DNA from: a virus
Lineage: Duplodnaviria > Caudoviricetes
IMG/VR virus record: IMGVR_UViG_3300005589_000017
Coordinates: 1-37,793 of that record
Length of the DNA: 37,793 nt
Reading direction: 5' to 3' (one strand)
In this document: piece after piece, positions 1-6,947 of the stretch
Layout: every line of letters begins with the position of its first letter
Position numbering within the stretch: the stretch's first letter is position 1
Made by a program: the position numbers and the translations under genes
The notes under the pieces: generated by a model
Databases searched by the model: none
What the model was told of the DNA's origin: nothing
Seen by the model: the letters and a program-made list of their open reading frames with translations, nothing else

Positions 1-30
1 CTAGATTTTATATGCATTTCTTGTAATGAC
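1..30. repeat. Terminal direct repeat / circular assembly overlap (copy 1)
   Basis: ctagattttatatgcatttcttgtaatgac is identical to 37764-37793, and an ORF reads through the junction. Confidence 0.95.
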
Positions 31-296
31 ATTTTTTTACTAACTATATCATTCATGTTCTTTTCTGAACAAAACTTATCAAATAACTCTCTTTTTTCTC
101 TTATAAGATCAATATCTACTTTAATAACTGGTTTCTTAATAGCTACTTTTTTATAGATTTCATATTTTAATTTATTATAAGCACTAATGCATTGTTTACA
201 TTTACTATCAAATCCATCTTTATGATTTTTGTTTTTATAAAATTTTGTCAATGACTTTTCTTCTTTGCATTTTCTGCATCTTTTTAATTTATCCAT
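1..296 (-). CDS. 5' part of a zinc-ribbon + HNH endonuclease (about 173 aa), continuing at 37763..37538
   Basis: Manual translation from ATG 296: MDKLKRCRKCKEEKSLTKFYKNKNHKDGFDSKCKQC...EMHIKS, open and in frame with ORF 37538..37780; RBS AGGAG upstream. Confidence 0.85.
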   Translation of the reverse strand, partial: MDKLKRCRKCKEEKSLTKFYKNKNHKDGFDSKCKQCISAYNKLKYEIYKKVAIKKPVIKVDIDLIREKRELFDKFCSEKNMNDIVSKKMSLQEMHIKS

Positions 297-300
297 ATTA

Positions 301-386
301 TCTAGACTCCTATAATAGGCGACGCCCCACTTCGAGTCTAGGCAAAGCAGGGCATCATAATTTATATATTTATTTATTCTAGACTC
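301..386 (-). promoter_or_regulatory. Structured 5' leader of the HNH gene with an anti-RBS loop
   Basis: 13-bp hairpin (321-356) whose loop CUAGACUC is complementary to GAGUCUAG at both 378-386 and 301-309 (the latter overlaps the RBS). Confidence 0.65.
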
Positions 387-393
387 TATTTAT

Positions 394-422
394 ACTATAA
401 CACATTTAATTAGCGTTGTCAA
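394..422 (-). promoter_or_regulatory. sigma70-type leftward promoter
   Basis: TTGACA-17 bp-TATAGT. Confidence 0.7.
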
Positions 423-488
423 TAACACCATAAAACCCTAGCAAAACCACCAATATATAAATTAATTTAAAAAAATATTAAAAAGTAC

Positions 489-517
489 TTGCAATTGCAC
501 AAACACAGTGTTATATT
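489..517 (+). promoter_or_regulatory. Early rightward promoter with TGCAATTGCA palindrome
   Basis: TTGCAA-17-TATATT; near-identical architecture at 31640-31668 and 33971-33999. Confidence 0.75.
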
Positions 518-551
518 AAGAATATGAACAAAACAAAAGGGAGTTAATAAA

Positions 552-836
552 ATGAAATATATAAACCAACTAGAAAATCAAAACAAACAACTTAAAATAC
601 TTGTTGGAGTGCTATACTTTGCATGTGGATTCATGTTTTGCTTTCAGATGATGTTAGCGTTTAATACATCAGATGCTAGAGCAGAATTAAAAAGCGCTGG
701 AGATGCACATAAAATAGAGCTTAAAAATAAAGATAAAAAGATTAAAGAGCTAAAGGCTACAATAGAATCTTTAGAGAAAGAAAACGAAATACTAAGCGAT
801 ATGAGACCTGTTCACGGTGTTGTATCAGAATATTAA
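552..836 (+). CDS. Hypothetical membrane-anchored coiled-coil protein
   Basis: RBS GGGAG; one hydrophobic segment followed by a heptad-rich tail. Confidence 0.65.
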   Translation: MKYINQLENQNKQLKILVGVLYFACGFMFCFQMMLAFNTSDARAELKSAGDAHKIELKNKDKKIKELKATIESLEKENEILSDMRPVHGVVSEY

Positions 837-849
837 AGGAGAGTAGGAG

Positions 850-1239
850 ATGGATAGATTTAAATTTAGAGTTTGGCTAATTAAGAAAAATAAATATTTA
901 AAAACTGGTTTCGTTATTACAAATAATGGAAATGTATTGGTAAAAGATATTATTTTTGATGGAGGATTTTCTTATAAAAAGTTAAATAAAAAAGATTATA
1001 TTCTTGAACAATGCACAGGGCTTAAAGATAAGAACGGTGTATTAATTTATGAAGGTGATATTTTATTTTATAATATAGATAAGTATAAAGTATTATATTT
1101 TAAAGGACGCTTAACACCTGTCAAAATAACTTTATCTATAATCCGTGACGTAGGTTTTGTTTGGGATGAAGTAATAAATGAGCACTTTGAAATAATCGGC
1201 AACATACATAAAGATAAACACTTATTAAAAGGAGAATAG
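850..1239 (+). CDS. YopX family protein
   Basis: KFRVW N-terminus, EQCTGLKDKNGVLIYEGDIL, EIIGNIH. Confidence 0.9.
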   Translation: MDRFKFRVWLIKKNKYLKTGFVITNNGNVLVKDIIFDGGFSYKKLNKKDYILEQCTGLKDKNGVLIYEGDILFYNIDKYKVLYFKGRLTPVKITLSIIRDVGFVWDEVINEHFEIIGNIHKDKHLLKGE

Positions 1240-1241
1240 AT

Positions 1242-1460
1242 ATGAATAACAAAAGAATGACAAAATCTTTAAGAGCTCAAGCATATAAGCAAGTTAGAGA
1301 TATTTTTCATTATTTAAATGATGAAAAATCTAAACAAACTAAAGAGCCGAAAATGTTTAATTAATATGAGCAAGGTAGAGAAGATATTATAAATTATTTT
1401 ATGATCAACTTCGAGTTTATGATAAAAGATTCACAAGATGTGGAATTAAAAGGAGAATAA
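1242..1460 (+). pseudogene. Small ORF interrupted by one in-frame TAA (1362-1364)
   Basis: RBS + ATG at 1242; after the TAA the frame stays open to ...ELKGE* and fills the gap to the next gene. Confidence 0.55.
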
Positions 1461-1461
1461 A

Positions 1462-1896
1462 TTGGAAACTAAAATTTGTGGAAGATGTAAAGTAGAAAAA
1501 GATATATCTTTATTTCCTATACGCAGAGCTTCTGATGATGGTAGATTGCGATATTGTAAAGAGTGTCACAATGCATATCTAAAAGAATATAGGAAGACTG
1601 AGAGATTTCAAAAGTATAGAAGAGAATATTATTTAAAAAATAAGAAGTATTCTGATAATTATTCTAGTGCTTGTAGAGAAAAGTTAAAAGAATTGATAAT
1701 CAGATATATTAAGCTATACAATTGCAAATTAAATACGAATAGAGAGTTAATCAAGCATAACGAGATGGCAAGATTAATTGGTATTGATCCTTCTGTATTT
1801 TATAGATGGAGAAATGGAGAAACTAAAATAACTGATAGAGAAACTCTAAAGAAATTCAGAAGAGTTTTAGAAAAACTAGAGAAAATAGGGAGTTAA
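1462..1896 (+). CDS. Zinc-ribbon + C-terminal XRE-like HTH protein
   Basis: CGRC...CKEC; HNEMARLIGIDPSVFYRWRNGETK is HTH-like; TTG start after AAGGAG. Confidence 0.7.
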   Translation: METKICGRCKVEKDISLFPIRRASDDGRLRYCKECHNAYLKEYRKTERFQKYRREYYLKNKKYSDNYSSACREKLKELIIRYIKLYNCKLNTNRELIKHNEMARLIGIDPSVFYRWRNGETKITDRETLKKFRRVLEKLEKIGS

Positions 1897-1898
1897 TT

Positions 1899-2471
1899 AT
1901 GACAAATATAGTAGAAGATAAATGTATAAAACTTTATAAAGACTATAGAACACTAACACAGTCTATAGGTGGTATACAAAAGGGTGGATTGAATCCTCAT
2001 TTTAAGAATAAATATATTGAGCTTAACACAGCATTAGATGTTATTAATGCAGAGCTAGAAAAGCATAACTTTCTTTGTTTTGTTCAAACACCTCACAATA
2101 TAGATGGTAAAAACTTTCTACACACTGTTTTAATGCATTCTAATGGGATGTCTATAGAGAGCGATTTAGAGCTTGTAACCACAAGACAGGACCCTCAAAT
2201 GCTTGGTTCAAGCTTAACTTATGCAAGACGTTATAGTTTAATCACAATGCTTGGATTAAAGGCTGAAGATGATGACGGTAACAAGGCTAGTGGGAAAGAA
2301 AAGAAGTCTGATCTTGTAGACTTGACACCTCTTAAAGCTAGGATGAATGCAAAAGGAGATAAGTTCACAATTAAGCAGTATTTAGATGGGTTTAAAAAAG
2401 AAGGTATAAATCTTACAAAAGATGATGAGAGAATACTTACAACTCATTATAATACTAATATGAAAGGGTAA
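1899..2471 (+). CDS. erf: ERF family ssDNA-annealing recombinase
   Basis: NPHFKNKY, PQMLGSSLTYARRYSL, EDDDG motifs. Confidence 0.9.
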   Translation: MTNIVEDKCIKLYKDYRTLTQSIGGIQKGGLNPHFKNKYIELNTALDVINAELEKHNFLCFVQTPHNIDGKNFLHTVLMHSNGMSIESDLELVTTRQDPQMLGSSLTYARRYSLITMLGLKAEDDDGNKASGKEKKSDLVDLTPLKARMNAKGDKFTIKQYLDGFKKEGINLTKDDERILTTHYNTNMKG

Positions 2472-2475
2472 AGTA

Positions 2476-2532
2476 ATGACTTATGAAGAATACTGGTATT
2501 ATTTAGAAGAAGAATATTTAAATCAACAATAA
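2476..2532 (+). CDS. 18-aa acidic/aromatic micropeptide MTYEEYWYYLEEEYLNQQ
   Basis: RBS AAGGGT; fills the gap between ERF and the next gene. Confidence 0.45.
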   Translation: MTYEEYWYYLEEEYLNQQ

Positions 2533-2548
2533 AACAAAGGGTAAACAA

Positions 2549-2965
2549 ATGTTAGAAACACAAGTAGTATTAAAAATCTTATTAGATAATTACGAAAAAG
2601 GTAATAGGTGGTTATCTAACCTAGATATACAAGCAGGGTATCATATTGTAGAAAACCATACAAATAACGTATACTATGCTAATCTAAGCCGTAGGATATC
2701 AGATATAAGTATTACATTAACTGATGGTAATCCATTCCATATATTAAAAGACAATAACCATGCAGGGACTAGATATACAGCGTATAAGCTACCTAATCTT
2801 TCAGAAGAGGATGTAAGTATTTTAAAAGGTTATATCGTAAGTACCAAGCCTAACACTCCACTACATAGAAGAAGAGAAGTAGAGATTGTTAAAAGGCAAG
2901 AAGATCAGACTGTATGGACAAGAGCTATAAACGCTTATAATAAAGCAATAGATTATTTAAAATAG
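2549..2965 (+). CDS. Hypothetical protein, possibly winged-helix DNA-binding
   Basis: ORF with RBS; LSRRISDI resembles a wHTH recognition helix (weak). Confidence 0.6.
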   Translation: MLETQVVLKILLDNYEKGNRWLSNLDIQAGYHIVENHTNNVYYANLSRRISDISITLTDGNPFHILKDNNHAGTRYTAYKLPNLSEEDVSILKGYIVSTKPNTPLHRRREVEIVKRQEDQTVWTRAINAYNKAIDYLK

Positions 2966-2976
2966 GAGAACGGATT

Positions 2977-3336
2977 ATGGCAGATTTTCATGGCATGTGC
3001 AAAGCTTTAGAAGGCAAATTAAATGACATAGCAAGAGAGATAAAAGAAAAAGACATAAGAACAACAGAAGAAAAGCTTGTCGAAAAAATACTTGATATAG
3101 AGTTAGAAATATATAAGAGCAAAAATCTTGTTTTTGAGCAAATAGATTTTGCAGATATTCCACGAGATATCAGGCTACGGTATCCGGACCCTATGGCTTA
3201 TATTAAAGAAGAACAAGATAGAATTATAAAAAAACAGCAAATAAATATTGACAGGTTAAAAGAAAATTTAGAGATCTATAAAAAACAATATATATTTTTA
3301 CGCGATAAAAGAAAAGAATTATTAAAAGGAGAATAG
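2977..3336 (+). CDS. Hypothetical coiled-coil protein
   Basis: RBS AGGAG; tightly packed operon. Confidence 0.7.
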   Translation: MADFHGMCKALEGKLNDIAREIKEKDIRTTEEKLVEKILDIELEIYKSKNLVFEQIDFADIPRDIRLRYPDPMAYIKEEQDRIIKKQQINIDRLKENLEIYKKQYIFLRDKRKELLKGE

Positions 3337-3339
3337 AAT

Positions 3340-3537
3340 ATGTATTTAGAATTAGTAATATTAAAAATAAGATTGTTAAGATTGATTATTAATAAAGATT
3401 GTTTTGAGTTTGTTATATCAACTTTATACACTAGTTTTTATAAAGATTTAATACTTATCAAAATGATGAGAAATAATACTAGATTTAAGCTTTTTAATAA
3501 AACAATATATTTTAAAATAAAGGAGAGTAGAAGATGA
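3340..3537 (+). CDS. Hypothetical protein
   Basis: RBS AAGGAG; ATGA overlap with the next gene. Confidence 0.55.
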   Translation: MYLELVILKIRLLRLIINKDCFEFVISTLYTSFYKDLILIKMMRNNTRFKLFNKTIYFKIKESRR

Positions 3538-3893
3538 ATAAAAAAGGACTAAAAATACATGAAGAAGTGAGCATATGTTGTGGTAAATGCGGAGAGAAAG
3601 CAGGTAGACAACCTTATTGCTGTATAGAAAACTTAGAAAATGATTATAACCAAATAAATCATTTACAAAATAAAAGAATAAAAACTCTAGAAGAACATAA
3701 CAAGATGCTACAAAAAGAAGTTATCGACCTTGCTAAGGAAGTAGGAGAGTTAAAAGGTACTGTAGAGGGTATGTGGATTCATATAAGAGAATTAGAAAAG
3801 GAAAACAAAGCTTTGTCTACTATGGGAGAGGCATTGTCTAAGTATGTTATAAAAGATAATGAAAAAGCATTAGATATATTAAAGGATAAGTAA
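3534..3893 (+). CDS. Hypothetical Cys-cluster + coiled-coil protein
   Basis: CCGKC...YCC followed by heptads; RBS AAGGAG. Confidence 0.65.
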   Translation: MNKKGLKIHEEVSICCGKCGEKAGRQPYCCIENLENDYNQINHLQNKRIKTLEEHNKMLQKEVIDLAKEVGELKGTVEGMWIHIRELEKENKALSTMGEALSKYVIKDNEKALDILKDK

Positions 3894-3895
3894 AG

Positions 3896-4144
3896 ATGAA
3901 TAAATTACAAAAATTATTTTTAAAACTAAGTGGTTACAAAATAGAAGAACAGGTAGAAGAGGATCCAGTAGAAAAATATGTAAATAACATCATGTTTAAA
4001 ATAGATCGTTTAAACATGGAAAATGCTAGATATGAGCTATTGCAAGCTTCAACTCAAGAAGGTCCATCATATTCATTTAATTATTACTCAGAGCTTAATG
4101 TTATAAAAGACATGATATTAAAGTTAATAGAATATAAACAATGA
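3896..4144 (+). CDS. Hypothetical protein
   Basis: RBS AAGGA; packed operon. Confidence 0.65.
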   Translation: MNKLQKLFLKLSGYKIEEQVEEDPVEKYVNNIMFKIDRLNMENARYELLQASTQEGPSYSFNYYSELNVIKDMILKLIEYKQ

Positions 4145-4227
4145 TACATCTAGCGATTAAATACATAATACCTATTATGCTCTTGATTGGTTTTGCATAT
4201 AATGGTATAATTAGTATATTAACTTAA
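4141..4227 (+). CDS. Possible 28-aa hydrophobic peptide
   Basis: ATGA overlap; MIHLAIKYIIPIMLLIGFAYNGIISILT; overlaps a promoter, so uncertain. Confidence 0.3.
   Translation: MIHLAIKYIIPIMLLIGFAYNGIISILT
4183..4211 (+). promoter_or_regulatory. sigma70-type promoter (extended -10)
   Basis: TTGATT-17-TATAAT with TG upstream of the -10. Confidence 0.6.
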
Positions 4228-4241
4228 GAAAGGTTAGCAAA

Positions 4242-4454
4242 ATGAGAATATTATTAACAGTAATTATGTTATTACTTACATTTTCTGCACAATCATTCGC
4301 AGATACTTACGTAAACGGTTATACTAGAAGTAACGGTGTTTATGTTGCACCGCACTATAGAAGCAACAGAGACAATTCAATAGGTAACAACTGGTCTACT
4401 AAAGGTAATGTAAATCCTTATACAGGTAGCAGAGGTTATAAAACATTTTATTAA
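4242..4454 (+). CDS. Small secreted protein (GYTRSNGxYVxPHYRS family), moron-like
   Basis: Signal peptide ending in SFA; YVNGYTRSNGVYVAPHYRS...NNWSTKGNVNPYTG motif. Confidence 0.75.
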   Translation: MRILLTVIMLLLTFSAQSFADTYVNGYTRSNGVYVAPHYRSNRDNSIGNNWSTKGNVNPYTGSRGYKTFY

Positions 4455-4467
4455 GAGGGTAGATAAT

Positions 4468-4842
4468 ATGGCAACAACTGAAAATTTAATACCACAAAAC
4501 AAGAGAACAAAGGAAGAGCAAAGGAAGATAGCTACATTAGGAGGTATTAAGTCACAAAAGGTTCAAAAAGAGAAGAAACTATTCAAAGAGTCTCTTAGAG
4601 CTATACTAGAAGAAAGCCCAGACATCTTAAAGAGTTTAAATGATGCTATGGTACAGCAAGCTACAAAAGGCAATACAAAAGCTTATGAGATTATAAGAGA
4701 TACACTAGGAGAGAAACCAGTTAACGAAAGCATAACAGATATTACATCAGGTGGAGAAACAGTTAAGATGGGTACAATTGTAATAGATAATAAACCTCAA
4801 AGCATAAAGATGGGTAGTGATAATGGGCAAGAAGATAAATAA
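4468..4842 (+). CDS. terS: Terminase small subunit (putative)
   Basis: NLIP..RTKEEQRKIA..GGIKS and KGNTKAYEIIRDTLGEKP patterns; lies upstream of TerL. Confidence 0.7.
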   Translation: MATTENLIPQNKRTKEEQRKIATLGGIKSQKVQKEKKLFKESLRAILEESPDILKSLNDAMVQQATKGNTKAYEIIRDTLGEKPVNESITDITSGGETVKMGTIVIDNKPQSIKMGSDNGQEDK

Positions 4843-5059
4843 AAAAGAATATACTTACAGGGATTGTGATATTAATATACAAGAGACTGTAGGCTATACG
4901 GATTTAACAATCAAACTTCCTGATGGAGAAGAGTATAACAAGAGGTTTTTAGACAAAAGACCTGACAAGGTAGTTAGAATGATAGATAACCAAGCTTTTG
5001 AATGGCAGATAATGGAATGGGTAAATGTTAAGCTAGCAGAACCGAAGGTAATTAATTAA
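4823..5059 (+). CDS. Hypothetical protein
   Basis: ORF between TerS and TerL; ATG at 4823 preferred. Confidence 0.6.
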   Translation: MGKKINKKEYTYRDCDINIQETVGYTDLTIKLPDGEEYNKRFLDKRPDKVVRMIDNQAFEWQIMEWVNVKLAEPKVIN

Positions 5060-5241
5060 TGAAAGATTTTATAACACTGGTAAACATATATGATGAAAAG
5101 CAGATGATTAGAATAAAAGATATTTATTTTATCGAACAGCAAGAAGAGTATACCATGATATTGTTTAAAGACCACTCCACAGAATCTAAAGAATCTTTAG
5201 AAGAAGTTATTAAATTAATTAAAGAAAAGGTAGAAAAATAA
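5059..5241 (+). CDS. Hypothetical protein
   Basis: TAATG overlap; short beta-rich protein ending KESLEEVIKLI. Confidence 0.6.
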   Translation: MKDFITLVNIYDEKQMIRIKDIYFIEQQEEYTMILFKDHSTESKESLEEVIKLIKEKVEK

Positions 5242-5312
5242 TTAATATAATAAACAGTATGTTAGTTAACATCCCCCACTGGGGAAATACAAAGGATATA
5301 AAAGGATAAATA

Positions 5313-6647
5313 ATGAGAATAGAGTTACCAGCATTATTTGATGGAACACCACCGAAGCTTATCCCAGTTATAACAGATATAAACAGATATAAGTTTGTAT
5401 TATTAACAGGTGGACGTGGTGGAGGTAAAACAGAGTTCCTAGGAAGAGCTATAGAATACTGGGGAGAGCAAAAGAATCTTAAAGTGTGTTGTGGTAGAGA
5501 AACATTAGACTCAATAGAGCAATCTGTTCACTCAACATTATCACGTCTAGTATCTAAGTACGATCTTAACTATAAAGTAACAAAATCTTACATAGAGCAT
5601 AACTCAACAGGATCTAAGATTATCTTCAAAGGATTTAAAGAGCAAGGTCGTGCCAATATTAAAGGTTTAGATGATATTGATATACTATGGGTGGATGAAG
5701 CTGAACAAATAACAGAGGAAACTCTAAGGATTGTTACACCTACCATCCGTAAAGATAATGCTATAATCATTTTCAGTATGAACCGTTTACATAGAAACGA
5801 TGCAGTTTACAAAAGATTCGCTACTGATCCTGATTGCTTACATATACATATTAACTACGATGAGAACCCTAGCTGCCCAGATGTATTAAAAGAAGAAGCT
5901 AGAAAATGTAGAGAGCGTGACGAAAGAGAATATATGCACGTTTGGGGTGGAGAGCCAAGAGAACAAACAGATGATTACCTTTTCAACGTTAAAAAGCTAG
6001 ATGCTATGCTAACTAACGTACCTTATGGTGACGTTCTTAAACATCAAAGGATAATAGGTTTTGACTACGCTTTACAAGGTAACGACTTATGTGCTGCATG
6101 TGTTATGGATAGAGTAAGCCCTTTACACTGGAAAATAATCGATATTATTACATGGAGTGATCCTGATCCTGACGTTGTACAAGGTAAGATATTAGGCATT
6201 ATAGCAGAATACAGGCCAGATTTAAGCGTTATTGATATCGGAGGTATGGGGTATATACCATTTGCCAACTTAACCAAGACAGGATTGCCTGTATATGCTT
6301 TTGATGGATCAAAGGCAGCTAGTGATAACTATACCTATCAGAATGAAAGAGCAGAAGGATATTACGAGCTTAAGAGTTGGATTGATAAGGGATACTTAAT
6401 ATTAGACCCTAAATTCAAAAAAGTTATTCCCGAAATGGAAATGATTAAGTTTAAATATAACGTTACTACTGGTCGTAGACAAATACAGGGTAAGCTTGAA
6501 ATGAAAGCAGATGGGCACCATTCGCCAGATGAAGTTGATTCAATAATGATGGCAGTAAGGGGTGCGATACATTATCTTGGCAAGACAGATCAAGCAGATG
6601 TAATGGCAAGAGGAACAATAAAAAGAGTTAGCGGTAGAAGGCGTTGA
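5313..6647 (+). CDS. terL: Terminase large subunit (PBSX/SPP1-like)
   Basis: Walker A GGRGGGKT, Walker B ILWVDEAE, RNase H-like GFDYA and SPDEVDS. Confidence 0.95.
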   Translation: MRIELPALFDGTPPKLIPVITDINRYKFVLLTGGRGGGKTEFLGRAIEYWGEQKNLKVCCGRETLDSIEQSVHSTLSRLVSKYDLNYKVTKSYIEHNSTGSKIIFKGFKEQGRANIKGLDDIDILWVDEAEQITEETLRIVTPTIRKDNAIIIFSMNRLHRNDAVYKRFATDPDCLHIHINYDENPSCPDVLKEEARKCRERDEREYMHVWGGEPREQTDDYLFNVKKLDAMLTNVPYGDVLKHQRIIGFDYALQGNDLCAACVMDRVSPLHWKIIDIITWSDPDPDVVQGKILGIIAEYRPDLSVIDIGGMGYIPFANLTKTGLPVYAFDGSKAASDNYTYQNERAEGYYELKSWIDKGYLILDPKFKKVIPEMEMIKFKYNVTTGRRQIQGKLEMKADGHHSPDEVDSIMMAVRGAIHYLGKTDQADVMARGTIKRVSGRRR

Positions 6648-6672
6648 CAACAAACACAAATAATGTTAATGT
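6644..6672 (+). promoter_or_regulatory. sigma70-type promoter for the head genes
   Basis: TTGACA-17-TAATGT. Confidence 0.55.
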
Positions 6673-6703
6673 AATAATATGTCACAAAACAGGAGGATAA
6701 GAC

Positions 6704-6946
6704 ATGGGATTTTTTAAACAAATTGGTACATCACTTTCAGCATTTGCAAAACTTGCTACACTTGATGTTAAGGGAGCAGCAAAACAAGCCAGAAAATTTT
6801 ATGGTCTTGAGGCACCTGCCATAGACTTAGGAACGGATTTAGGGGATCAAAAAGAACGCAGAACATCGTTATTTGAAACGGAAGGCGGAATTCTTGGGGA
6901 AGAAGTTGGCGAAGTTAAGAAAAGAAAAACTATCCTAGGGAACTAA
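6704..6946 (+). CDS. Small pre-portal virion protein
   Basis: RBS AGGAGG; KKRKTILG C-terminus typical of the gene before podoviral portals. Confidence 0.7.
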   Translation: MGFFKQIGTSLSAFAKLATLDVKGAAKQARKFYGLEAPAIDLGTDLGDQKERRTSLFETEGGILGEEVGEVKKRKTILGN

Positions 6947-6947
6947 T

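Noticed and set aside
1-30. T7-like physical terminal repeats
   Set aside because: Only 30 bp and in the middle of an HNH gene; better explained as assembler overlap of a circularly permuted genome
1242-1460. Stop-codon reassignment (alternative genetic code)
   Set aside because: All core genes are intact in the standard code, all three stops are used as true ends, and there is no suppressor tRNA
5262-5312. Small tcccc/gggga hairpin and AAAGGATA tandem before terL as a pac or regulatory site
   Set aside because: Too short to distinguish from chance and RBS duplication
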